NCBI GenBank assembly: GCA_963780225.1
Contig: CAWAAX010000004.1
Location: 96,001 to 160,000, forward strand
DNA: 64,000 bases
Source of the DNA: an uncultured bacterium
Lineage (GTDB): Bacteria > Edwardsbacteria > AC1 > EtOH8
Direction: 5' to 3'
Under the pieces are notes generated by a model. That model made no database searches. It had not been told where the DNA came from and saw nothing but the letters and a program-made list of their open reading frames with translations. The first letter of the stretch is position 1. Every line of letters begins with the position of its first letter. Of the stretch, positions 31,330 to 44,088 are shown one piece after another. A program made the translations under genes and the position numbers.

Positions 31330-31515
31330 ATGTTCAAAAAAATATTACAGTTTTTCATTGACACCAAGGCCGAGTTTGCCAAGGTCAGCTGGCCCAGCCG
31401 CGAGGAACTGACGCAGTCCACCATGGTGGTGATAGTGGTCTCGCTGGTGGTCACGGTGTTCATAGCCCTGGTGGACCAGGGGCTTACCCGGGTGATTACA
31501 CTGATCCTGGGTTAA
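31330..31515 (+). CDS. secE: Preprotein translocase subunit SecE
   Basis: EFAKVSWPSREE plus a single TM; precedes nusG. Confidence 0.95.
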   Translation: MFKKILQFFIDTKAEFAKVSWPSREELTQSTMVVIVVSLVVTVFIALVDQGLTRVITLILG

Positions 31516-31542
31516 TACATTAATAAGGCATAAGCACCAAAA

Positions 31543-32067
31543 ATGCGCTGGTACGTAATTCATACATACTCCGGGCACGAAAACCGGGTCAAGTCTGCTT
31601 TGGAGCAGTCGGCCCAAAGGCTGGGACTGCAGGACAAGCTGGGCCGGGTGCTTATACCCACCGAGGAAATAACCGAGATCAAGCACGGCAAGCGCAAGAC
31701 CACCGCCAAGCAGCTTTATCCCAGCTATCTGATGGTGGAGATGGACCTGACCGACGACGTCTGGAACGCGGTCTCCTCCACCCCAGGGGTCACCAGCTTC
31801 CTGGGCTCGCGCCGCAAACCACAGCCCATGAGGAGCGCCGAGGCCGCCCGGCTGCTGGCCCGGATAGACGGAATCAAGGTGGCGGGCCCGGCAGACATCC
31901 CGTTCCATGCCGGCGACTCGGTGAAGATAGTGGACGGGCCCTTTGCCAACTTCACCGGGATCATCAACGAAGTGGACAAACAGCACGGCAAGGTCAAGGT
32001 GATGGTCACCATCTTCGGCCGGACCACCCCGGTGGAACTGGATTTCATACAGATCAACGAAATATAA
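31543..32067 (+). CDS. nusG: Transcription termination/antitermination factor NusG
   Basis: WYVIHTYSGHENRVK, KOW motif VKIVDGPFANFTG, IFGRTTPVELDF. Confidence 0.97.
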   Translation: MRWYVIHTYSGHENRVKSALEQSAQRLGLQDKLGRVLIPTEEITEIKHGKRKTTAKQLYPSYLMVEMDLTDDVWNAVSSTPGVTSFLGSRRKPQPMRSAEAARLLARIDGIKVAGPADIPFHAGDSVKIVDGPFANFTGIINEVDKQHGKVKVMVTIFGRTTPVELDFIQINEI

Positions 32068-32155
32068 ATCTTCAGGCGCCCCGGCGTTCCATATATAAAA
32101 AGGAACTGCTTCTGCCCGGACGTCAAGTATTTAAAAAAAAGAGAGATAAACCCTT

Positions 32156-32581
32156 ATGGCAAAAATAGTATCCGCCCTGGTAAAACTGCAGATCCCGGCC
32201 GGGCAGGCCAATCCTGCACCCCCGGTAGGGCCGGCCTTGGGCCAGCACGGAGCCAACATCCCGGAATTCTGCAAACAGTTCAACGCCCGCACCCAGGGAC
32301 AGGACGGGCTGATCATTCCCTGCCTGATCACCATCTACAAGGACCGGAGCTTCAGCTTCATCCTGAAGACCCCGCCGGCCGCGGTGCTGCTGAAAAAGGC
32401 GGCCGGGCTGGCCAAGGGCTCGGGCGTGCCCAACCGCAACAAGGTGGGCAAGGTCACCGAGGCCCAGGTGAAGGAGATCGCCCAGAAGAAAATGGTGGAC
32501 CTGAACGCCGCTTCGGTGGAAGCCGCCATGAGGCTGGTAAAGGGAACTGCCCGCAGCATGGGCATCGATATCTCCGGATAG
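32156..32581 (+). CDS. rplK: 50S ribosomal protein L11
   Basis: [35 protein letters not shown]. Confidence 0.98.
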   Translation: MAKIVSALVKLQIPAGQANPAPPVGPALGQHGANIPEFCKQFNARTQGQDGLIIPCLITIYKDRSFSFILKTPPAAVLLKKAAGLAKGSGVPNRNKVGKVTEAQVKEIAQKKMVDLNAASVEAAMRLVKGTARSMGIDISG

Positions 32582-32614
32582 ACACATTTAAACAGGGCAT
32601 ATATAAACATAACG

Positions 32615-32751
32615 CTGGGAGGCGCACCGCCTTGGTTAATGGGCAATTTGAAAAATTGGGAATCGGGGGATTCAGGAACCATAGTCAGGGTTCACAAGTT
32701 TTCAAATAACAAATTCCCATGCACCAAGCTAAGGGCGCCGCTTAGAACCAG
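32615..32751 (+). promoter_or_regulatory. Putative L1-binding autogenous operator with a long inserted hairpin
   Basis: CTGG-GAG-GCGC ... GCGC-C-GC-TTAGAA-CCAG directly before the rplA RBS resembles the L1-site consensus. Confidence 0.55.
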
Positions 32752-32762
32752 GAAGGAGGAAA

Positions 32763-33464
32763 ATGGACCGAGGGAAAAAGTACAATCTGGCAGCCCAGAA
32801 AACAGACCTGACCAAGACCTACACCGTGGCCGAAGCAGTGGAGGCGGTAAAGCAGATGGCTTACGCCAAGTTTGACGAGGCTTTTGAGGTCTCGATCAAA
32901 ATGGAGCTGGACCCCAAGAAGGCCGATCAGAACCTGCGGGGAACGGTGATCCTGCCCCACGGCACCGGCAAGAAAATGAGGGTGCTGGTGTTTGCCAAGG
33001 GCGAAAAGGAAGCCGAAGCCACAGCGGCCGGGGCCGATTTCGCCGGCAGCGACGACCTGATCAAGAAGGTTTCCGAAGGCTGGACCGATTTTGACGTGGC
33101 CATAGCCACTCCGGACATGATGAGCCAGGTGGGCCGGCTGGGCAAGATTCTGGGGGTGCGGGGGCTGATGCCCAACCCCAAGACCGGGACCGTGACCTTT
33201 GATCTGGCCAAGGCGGTCAAGGAAGCCAAGGCCGGAAAGATAGAATACCGGGTGGACAAGAACTCCAACCTCCATGTGGCGGTGGGGAAGAAATCATTCG
33301 ACAACGCCAAACTGGTGGATAACATCAATACGCTGCTGTCCGAGATAGTCAAGGCCAGGCCGTCATCGCTCAAGGGCACTTACATCCAAAGCGTATCCAT
33401 TTCCTCCACCATGAGCCCGGGGGTCAGGGTCGCCCTTACCGAACTGTCGGCTTTAGGAAAGTGA
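32763..33464 (+). CDS. rplA: 50S ribosomal protein L1
   Basis: [27 protein letters not shown]. Confidence 0.98.
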   Translation: MDRGKKYNLAAQKTDLTKTYTVAEAVEAVKQMAYAKFDEAFEVSIKMELDPKKADQNLRGTVILPHGTGKKMRVLVFAKGEKEAEATAAGADFAGSDDLIKKVSEGWTDFDVAIATPDMMSQVGRLGKILGVRGLMPNPKTGTVTFDLAKAVKEAKAGKIEYRVDKNSNLHVAVGKKSFDNAKLVDNINTLLSEIVKARPSSLKGTYIQSVSISSTMSPGVRVALTELSALGK

Positions 33465-33474
33465 GATTATAAAA

Positions 33475-33999
33475 ATGCCAAAAACAGATAAAGAACAAAA
33501 GGTCCTGGAACTGACCGAGAAAATGAAGACCGCCAAATCGGTCTATCTTACCGATTTTACCGGTCTGAACGTTCCCCAGGCCACCGAACTTCGCAAAAAA
33601 CTGCGGGAAGCCTCGGTGGAATACCGGGTGGCCAAGAACACCCTGGCCAAGCTGGCCGCCAAGAACGCCGGCTACGAGATGCTGGCCGACTACCTGACCG
33701 GGCCCACCGGGCTGGCCTTCGGACTGAAAGACGCCATCATCCCGGCCAAGATCCTGACCGAGTTCGCCAAGGAGGGCAACAAGCCCACGGTCAAGATCGG
33801 CCTGATCGAAGGCAAGGTGGTCAGTCCCAGCGAGGTCAAACAGCTGGCCCTGCTTCCTTCCCGGGAAGTGCTTCTCTCCATGGTGCTGGCCGGGCTCCAG
33901 GCTCCCATCGCCTCGTTTGTCGGGGTCCTGGGCGGAGTGCTGCAGAAAATAGTGGGCACGGTGGACGCCATCGCCAAGCAAAAGGAAGCCCAGTCCTAA
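33475..33999 (+). CDS. rplJ: 50S ribosomal protein L10
   Basis: DFTGLNV, VAKNTLA, LPSREVLL. Confidence 0.97.
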   Translation: MPKTDKEQKVLELTEKMKTAKSVYLTDFTGLNVPQATELRKKLREASVEYRVAKNTLAKLAAKNAGYEMLADYLTGPTGLAFGLKDAIIPAKILTEFAKEGNKPTVKIGLIEGKVVSPSEVKQLALLPSREVLLSMVLAGLQAPIASFVGVLGGVLQKIVGTVDAIAKQKEAQS

Positions 34000-34153
34000 A
34001 AACAGGTTCCCTTAATAAAAACAATACCACCGCCTATGGCGGGGTGCCGCTCAACTACGCTTATAAGTAATAGCAAACATAAAAGCTTCGTCGCGTAAAC
34101 TACGGCGGCAAAACCGAAAATAAATCAAAGAGCAAATAAAGGAGCAAAAGGAA

Positions 34154-34528
34154 ATGTCGGACAAGAAACAAGTCGTAATGGAAGCCATCGAGCAGATGAC
34201 GGTGCTGGAGCTGGCTGAGCTGGTCAAGTCCCTGGAAGAAAAATTCGGCGTCAAGGCCGCCGCCCCGGTGGCCGCAGCCGCAGCCGGCGGAGCCGCCGCC
34301 GCCCCGGCCGAGGAGAAGACCTCCTTTGACGTGGTGCTGGTCTCCGGCGGAGAAAAGAAGATCCAGGTGATCAAGGAAGTCCGCGGAATCACCAACCTGG
34401 GCCTCAAGGAAGCCAAGGACCTGGTGGAAAGCGCTCCCAAGCCGGTCAAAGAGGGCGTGACCAAGGACGAGGCCCAGAAGATCAAGACCACCTTGGAAGC
34501 GGCCGGAGCCGTAGTGGAACTCAAGTAA
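34154..34528 (+). CDS. rplL: 50S ribosomal protein L7/L12
   Basis: [19 protein letters not shown], Ala-rich hinge, [11 protein letters not shown]. Confidence 0.98.
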   Translation: MSDKKQVVMEAIEQMTVLELAELVKSLEEKFGVKAAAPVAAAAAGGAAAAPAEEKTSFDVVLVSGGEKKIQVIKEVRGITNLGLKEAKDLVESAPKPVKEGVTKDEAQKIKTTLEAAGAVVELK

Positions 34529-34817
34529 AAACCTGCATTCTTAATAATATCCGGTAAAAACATAGCCAAACTTTTTGCGGCAGTGGTTGCCGCAAGAAAG
34601 ATATAGATCTTGAACGGCGTTTGAGGGGGCCATCTGCGGCTGCGGTGCTGCGGAAACATTTAAAGGCTCCGTCAAACGCTGCTTTTTTGGCGGCCGTGCA
34701 TTGCTTTAATCATCAGACAAATGCAGCGGCCACCTGCTTTTTTACCCGCCGTCCGGGCTGATCCAGATCTGACATCGGTTATTTATTCCAGACACCCCTT
34801 TAATCAAGGAGGTTATT

Positions 34818-37800
34818 TTGAAACCGGTCAAAAGAAAAGATTATTCCAAAATAAAGTCGGGGATCCAGCTGCCCAACATGCTGGACATGCAGCTCAATTC
34901 CTACAAGGACTTTTTGCAGGAGCATCAGGCTCCGGAAAAACGCAAGAACGAAGGGTTGCAGTCGGTATTCAACGAGATATTTCCCATCGAGGACGCCCAG
35001 AACCGGATGGCGATGGATTTCATCTCCTACGGCCTGGGCAAGCCCCGCTATTCCATCTCCGAATGCCACGACCGCGACATGACCTACGCCGCCCCGCTGA
35101 AGTCCATCCTTAGGCTTTCGCTTAAGGATCCCAGCGATCCCAAGAGCAAGCCCAAGGAAGTGGTGGAAAAGGAGGTCTTCCTGGGCGAAGTGCCGCTGAT
35201 GACCGAGACCGGCACCTTCGTGATCAACGGAGCCGAGCGGGTGGTGGTCAGCCAGCTGCACCGCTCTCCCGGGGCCTTCTTCGCCGAAAAAAGCCATCCT
35301 TCGGGAAAAAGGATCTACACCGCCGAGATCATTCCCTACCGCGGTTCCTGGCTTAAGCTGACCCTGGACCCCAACGATCTGCTGTGGGTCTCCATCGACA
35401 AGCACCGCAAGTTCCACGCCACCCTGCTGCTGCGGGCGGTGGGCTATGCCACCAACAAGGCCCTGCTTTCCCTTTACCACCAGCCGGAGACCATCTCCCT
35501 GGCCGGTGAAAAGCAGGCCCTGGACCGCTATCTTTTCAGCGACGTCAGCGCCCCCAAGACCGGCGAAGTGCTGGCCGAGGCCGGGCACAAGATAACCCCC
35601 GAGATCCTGGCCACCCTCAAGCTGTCCAAGGTGGAAAAGGTGGAGGTGGTGGCCATCGATCCGGTCAAGGACCCGGCCATCATTCCCCGCACCATGCTGG
35701 CCGACAACAACAAGGGCTCCAAGGAGGACGCCCTCTCCAAGATCTACAACATCCTTCACCCCGGAGACGCCATCAACCCCGAGCTCTCCAAGGCGGTGAT
35801 CGAAAAGATGTTCTTTGACCGCAAGCGCTACGACCTGAAGAAGGTGGGCCGCTACCAGCTGAACAAAAGGCTGGGGCAGGAAATCTCCACCGCCAACGTG
35901 CTGGGGCCAAAGGATTTTGTGGAAGTGGTCCGCTACCTGCTGTCCTTAAGAATGAACCAGGGCGAAGTGGACGACATCGATCATCTGGGCAACCGCCGGA
36001 TCTTACGGGTCGGCGAGCTGGTCTCCAACCAGTTCTCGGCCGCGCTCTCCCGGATGGCCCGGATGACCCGGGAGCGGATGGCCATGTGGGACGGACAGGG
36101 TTCCATCACCCCCCAGGACCTGGTCAACTCCCGCATCATCTCCTCCACCGTCAACAGCTTTTTCAGCTCCTCCCAGCTGTCCCAGTTCCTGGACCAGCCC
36201 AACCCGCTGGCCGAGCTGCGGCACAAGCGGCGCCTTTCGGCGCTGGGACCAGGCGGCCTGACCCGGGAACGGGCCGGGTTCGAGGTCCGCGACGTGCATT
36301 ACACACACTACGGCCGGATGTGCCCCATCGAGACCCCGGAAGGACCCAACATCGGGCTGATCGCATCCCTGGCCTGCTTTGCCCGGGTGAACGAGCTGGG
36401 CTTTCTGGAAACTCCCTACCGCAAGCTTAAGAACGGCAAGCTGACCGGTGAGGTGGACTACCTCTCGGCCAACGAGGAGGACCAGTTCACCATCGCCCAG
36501 GCCAACACCCCGGTGGACGACGGCGGGAAGATCCTGGGAGAACAGGCCCTGAGCCGCTACCGCGAGACCTTTCCCCGGGCCAAGGCCCAGGAGGTCCACT
36601 ACATGGACGTTTCTCCCCAGCAGCTGGTGAGCCTTTCGGCCGCCTTGATCCCCTTCCTGGAGCATGACGACGCCAACCGGGCCCTGATGGGCTCCAACAT
36701 GCAGTGCCAGGCGGTCCCCCTGCTTAAGCCCCAGTCGCCGGTGGTGGGCACCGGGCTGGAGGGCAAGGCGGCGGTGGATTCCGGGACCATGGTGCTCTGC
36801 AAGCGGGACGGGGTGGTGGAAAAGGTCACCGCCGACTGCGTCTTCATCCGGCCGGCCAAGACCGACATCGCCGAGGTGGATTTCCTGAAGGACAGCCAGT
36901 ACGACGTTTATCATCTTACCAAGTTCCGCCGCTCCAACCAGGACACCTGTCTAAACCACAAGCCCATAGTCCGCGAGGGAGAGGCCGTCAAGAAGGGCGA
37001 GGTCATCGCCGACGGCTCATCCACCGAGGGGGGCGAGCTGGCTCTGGGCATCAACTGCCTGGTGGGCTTTTTGCCCTGGTCGGGCTTCAATTTCGAGGAC
37101 GCCATCATCATCTCCGACAAGATGGTCCAGGACGACAAGTTCACCTCGGTCCACATCGAGAATTTCGAGTGCTTTGTGCGGGACACCAAGCGGGGGCCGG
37201 AAGAGGTTACCAGGGAGATCCCCAACGTGGGCGAGGAGGCGGTGAAGGACCTGGACGAGAACGGCATCATCCGCATCGGCGCCCGGGTGGAGGCCGGCGA
37301 CATCCTGGTGGGCAAGGTGACCCCCAAGGGCGAGACCGAGCCCACCCCCGAGGAAAAACTGCTCCGGGCCATCTTCGGCGACAAGGCCGGGGACTTCAAG
37401 GACACCTCGCTCAAGGCGCCTCCGGGCATGGACGGGATAGTCTGCGACGTCAAGGTCTTCTCCCGCAAGAGTCAGGACCGAAGGAGCAGCCAAGAGGAAA
37501 AACGCAAGATTGAAGAGATGCAGAAGGAGGCCCGGAAGCGTTCCGAACGGATCAAGAACGAGCGCGACCGCCGGATCCGGGAACTGCTGCTGGACCAGCC
37601 CTGCAACCAGACCCTGAAGGACGGGGAAAAACTGCTGGCCCGCAAGGGGCAGCGCCTGTCGGAAGCGGTGCTGGACGAGATAAAATTTGAAAGGACCCCC
37701 CTGGAGGACCTGGCCCAGATCTGCGAAGATCCTGCGTTGGGAGCCAAGGCCGTCAAGCTGATGGATTCGGCCCGCAAGGCCATCGAAGCCGTGCAGTATG

Positions 37801-38588
37801 AACTGCAGATCGAAAAGGAAAAAGTGGAGCGGGGCGACGAGCTCCCGGCCGACGTCATCAAGCTGGTCAAGGTCTTCGTCTCCCGCAAGCGCAAGCTGAT
37901 GGTGGGCGACAAGCTGGCCGGACGGCACGGCAACAAGGGCGTGCTGGCCAGGATCGTGCCCGAGGAGGACATGCCCTACCTGGCCGACGGCCGGCCCCTG
38001 GACATGATCCTGAACCCGCTGGGCGTGCCTTCGCGCATGAACCTGGGACAGGTGCTGGAGACCCATCTGGGATGGGCCGCCCAGATCCTGGGCTTCAAGG
38101 TGGCCACCCCCATCTTCGACGGGGCCAACATCGCCGAGATTCAGTCCGAGATGAAACTGGCTGGCCTGCCCGAACACGGCAAGGTCACCCTCTATGACGG
38201 CCGGAACGGACAGTCGTTCGACGAGCCGGTGACGGTGGGCGTGATGTACATGCTCAAGCTATCCCACCTGGTGGACGACAAGATCCACGCCCGGTCAATC
38301 GGGCCCTATTCCCTTATCACCCAGCAGCCCCTGGGAGGCAAGGCCCATTTCGGCGGCCAGCGTTTCGGGGAGATGGAGGTCTGGGCCCTGGAATCATACG
38401 GGGCGGCCTACACCCTGCAGGAGATACTGACCGTCAAGTCCGATGATGTCCAGGGAAGACAGCGGGTCTACGAGGCCATCGTCAAGGGAGACAACCTGCC
38501 CGAGCCCGGCACCCCGGCCTGCTTTGAGGTGCTGGTAAACGAACTGAGGGGCCTGTGCCTGGACGTTCAATTGTATAAGGAGGACTAA
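34818..38588 (+). CDS. rpoB: DNA-directed RNA polymerase beta subunit (TTG start)
   Basis: INGAERVVVSQLHRSPG, SQLSQF.DQ.NPL..L.HKRRLSALGPGG, GDKLAGRHGNKG, GGQRFGEMEVWAL. Confidence 0.99.
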   Translation: MKPVKRKDYSKIKSGIQLPNMLDMQLNSYKDFLQEHQAPEKRKNEGLQSVFNEIFPIEDAQNRMAMDFISYGLGKPRYSISECHDRDMTYAAPLKSILRLSLKDPSDPKSKPKEVVEKEVFLGEVPLMTETGTFVINGAERVVVSQLHRSPGAFFAEKSHPSGKRIYTAEIIPYRGSWLKLTLDPNDLLWVSIDKHRKFHATLLLRAVGYATNKALLSLYHQPETISLAGEKQALDRYLFSDVSAPKTGEVLAEAGHKITPEILATLKLSKVEKVEVVAIDPVKDPAIIPRTMLADNNKGSKEDALSKIYNILHPGDAINPELSKAVIEKMFFDRKRYDLKKVGRYQLNKRLGQEISTANVLGPKDFVEVVRYLLSLRMNQGEVDDIDHLGNRRILRVGELVSNQFSAALSRMARMTRERMAMWDGQGSITPQDLVNSRIISSTVNSFFSSSQLSQFLDQPNPLAELRHKRRLSALGPGGLTRERAGFEVRDVHYTHYGRMCPIETPEGPNIGLIASLACFARVNELGFLETPYRKLKNGKLTGEVDYLSANEEDQFTIAQANTPVDDGGKILGEQALSRYRETFPRAKAQEVHYMDVSPQQLVSLSAALIPFLEHDDANRALMGSNMQCQAVPLLKPQSPVVGTGLEGKAAVDSGTMVLCKRDGVVEKVTADCVFIRPAKTDIAEVDFLKDSQYDVYHLTKFRRSNQDTCLNHKPIVREGEAVKKGEVIADGSSTEGGELALGINCLVGFLPWSGFNFEDAIIISDKMVQDDKFTSVHIENFECFVRDTKRGPEEVTREIPNVGEEAVKDLDENGIIRIGARVEAGDILVGKVTPKGETEPTPEEKLLRAIFGDKAGDFKDTSLKAPPGMDGIVCDVKVFSRKSQDRRSSQEEKRKIEEMQKEARKRSERIKNERDRRIRELLLDQPCNQTLKDGEKLLARKGQRLSEAVLDEIKFERTPLEDLAQICEDPALGAKAVKLMDSARKAIEAVQYELQIEKEKVERGDELPADVIKLVKVFVSRKRKLMVGDKLAGRHGNKGVLARIVPEEDMPYLADGRPLDMILNPLGVPSRMNLGQVLETHLGWAAQILGFKVATPIFDGANIAEIQSEMKLAGLPEHGKVTLYDGRNGQSFDEPVTVGVMYMLKLSHLVDDKIHARSIGPYSLITQQPLGGKAHFGGQRFGEMEVWALESYGAAYTLQEILTVKSDDVQGRQRVYEAIVKGDNLPEPGTPACFEVLVNELRGLCLDVQLYKED

Positions 38589-38591
38589 GCG

Positions 38592-42650
<4,059 letters not shown>

Positions 42651-42672
42651 AAAATATTTTAATTTGGATAAG

Positions 42673-42722
42673 AAACCCCGCTGATCACTGAGCTTTGTCG
42701 AAGTGCGGCGGGGTTTGCTTTT
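42673..42722 (+). terminator. rpoC terminator-like hairpin that is also a dispersed repeat
   Basis: aaaccccgc...gcggggttt followed by gctttt, internal cactgagc....gtcgaagtg; related to 43954-43999 and 23905-23967. Confidence 0.7.
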
Positions 42723-43006
42723 GACGATAATTTAGCTATCAATATAAACGGTTTTTGTCATCGCTTGGCTGTACAATAAGAAAAACATAAAATGACATAT
42801 GTATGAACTTGAGGTCGCAATTTACGATCTCAAGTTCAGGAGTGTTCATAGCTGGTCCGGCCATGCGCTTCTAATTAATAGGATATCTTTTTACTTGCAT
42901 TTGTCCGCCGGACTGGTGTATTCTTATTGAAACCGGGACGATAAGTTCCGGGCAGTTTAAGATGAAGTTTAACAGCATGACAGTTCAAAACCCCGGAGAT
43001 GGATCC

Positions 43007-43825
43007 ATGGAAAACACAAAAATTGCGACATTTAAGGGAAAGCAGGTCCGAAAAACCCTGTTTCAAAAGGAATGGTGGTTTGTGGTGGAAGATGTTGTTT
43101 TGGCTCTCATCGATTCAAACGACCCCAAACAATATATCCAACGAATGAAACAGCGCGATCCCGAACTGTCCAAGGGGTGGGTACAAATTGTACATACCCT
43201 TGACGTGCCGACAGAAGGCGGGAAGCAAAAAATGCTCTGCGCCAATACCGAGGGCATTTTCCGCATCATCCAGTCAGTCCCCTCGCCCAAGGCCGAGCCG
43301 TTCAAACGCTGGTTGGCCAAGGTTGGTTACGAACGGGTGCAGGAGATAGAGAACCCGGAGCTGGCGGCCAAACGGACCAGGATGCTCTACCAGCTTAAAG
43401 GATATCCCGATGGCTGGATCGAAAAAAGGATGCGGGGCATTGCCATCCGGGAAGAGCTGACCGATGAATGGAAGAAAAGGGATGCCCAAAGGGAAAAGGA
43501 CTACGAAATCCTGACGGCCGAAATATCAAAAGCCACTTTCGGAGTAACCCCCAGCCAGTACAAAAAATTGAAAGGGCTTAAGCGGCAGAACCTGCGGGAC
43601 CACATGGATGATTTTGAACTGATATTTACCATGTTGGGCGAAAGGTCAACCACCGAAATACACCGCCAGGAAGATTCCCGAGGTCTGCCAAAACTAAGAC
43701 AGGATGCGGGCCGGGGCGGGAAGGTAGCCGGGACAGCCAGAAAAGAGCTGGAAAAAGAACTGGGGCGGACGGTGGTATCCAAAGGTAACTACCTGCCCAA
43801 ATTCCATAGAAAGAAATTAAAATAA
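43007..43825 (+). CDS. BRO-N domain (phage antirepressor-like) DNA-binding protein
   Basis: WWFVVEDVVLAL, GGKQKMLCANTEGIFRIIQSVPSPKAEPFKRWLA, ERVQEIENPE, NLRDHM. Confidence 0.88.
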   Translation: MENTKIATFKGKQVRKTLFQKEWWFVVEDVVLALIDSNDPKQYIQRMKQRDPELSKGWVQIVHTLDVPTEGGKQKMLCANTEGIFRIIQSVPSPKAEPFKRWLAKVGYERVQEIENPELAAKRTRMLYQLKGYPDGWIEKRMRGIAIREELTDEWKKRDAQREKDYEILTAEISKATFGVTPSQYKKLKGLKRQNLRDHMDDFELIFTMLGERSTTEIHRQEDSRGLPKLRQDAGRGGKVAGTARKELEKELGRTVVSKGNYLPKFHRKKLK

Positions 43826-43863
43826 CGGGCGGTTGTTCTAATCTCTGGAATATCCAACGGCGG

Positions 43864-43930
43864 CCGGGATCCGGCGCTACCGCAACTTCAAGATCGAGGA
43901 GGAGCAACCCCAGGAACAGCAGGCAGAGAA
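43864..43930 (+). repeat. 67-bp direct repeat, copy 2 (orphan rpoC tail)
   Basis: ccgggatccggcgctaccgcaacttcaagatcgaggagga...ggcagagaa, two mismatches to the rpoC end. Confidence 0.95.
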
Positions 43931-43953
43931 TAAATATTTCCATATTCAACCCA

Positions 43954-43999
43954 CAAGCCCCGCCGGACACTGAGCAAAGTCGAAGTGTAGCGGGGCTTG
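43954..43999. repeat. Hairpin repeat related to the one after rpoC
   Basis: caagccccgc-cggacactgagcaaagtcgaagtgta-gcggggcttg. Confidence 0.8.
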
Positions 44000-44040
44000 G
44001 TCATTGGAAAATATTGTCATGCCTGAGGTATATTATCAGA

Positions 44041-44069
44041 TTGACAATGTGATGATTACCTATTATAAT
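44041..44069 (+). promoter_or_regulatory. Perfect-consensus sigma70 promoter for the R-M operon
   Basis: TTGACA-17 nt-TATAAT, ending 19 nt before the methyltransferase ATG. Confidence 0.8.
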
Positions 44070-44088
44070 CAATAATGGAAAAACCAAT

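Noticed and set aside
36150..36260. Possible rifampicin-resistance substitutions in rpoB
   Set aside because: Residues equivalent to the key Asp, His and Ser of cluster I are the sensitive type; rpsL streptomycin-site lysines are also wild type.
42962..43825. BRO gene as evidence of a prophage
   Set aside because: No structural, replication, lysis or integrase genes nearby; stand-alone BRO genes are common.
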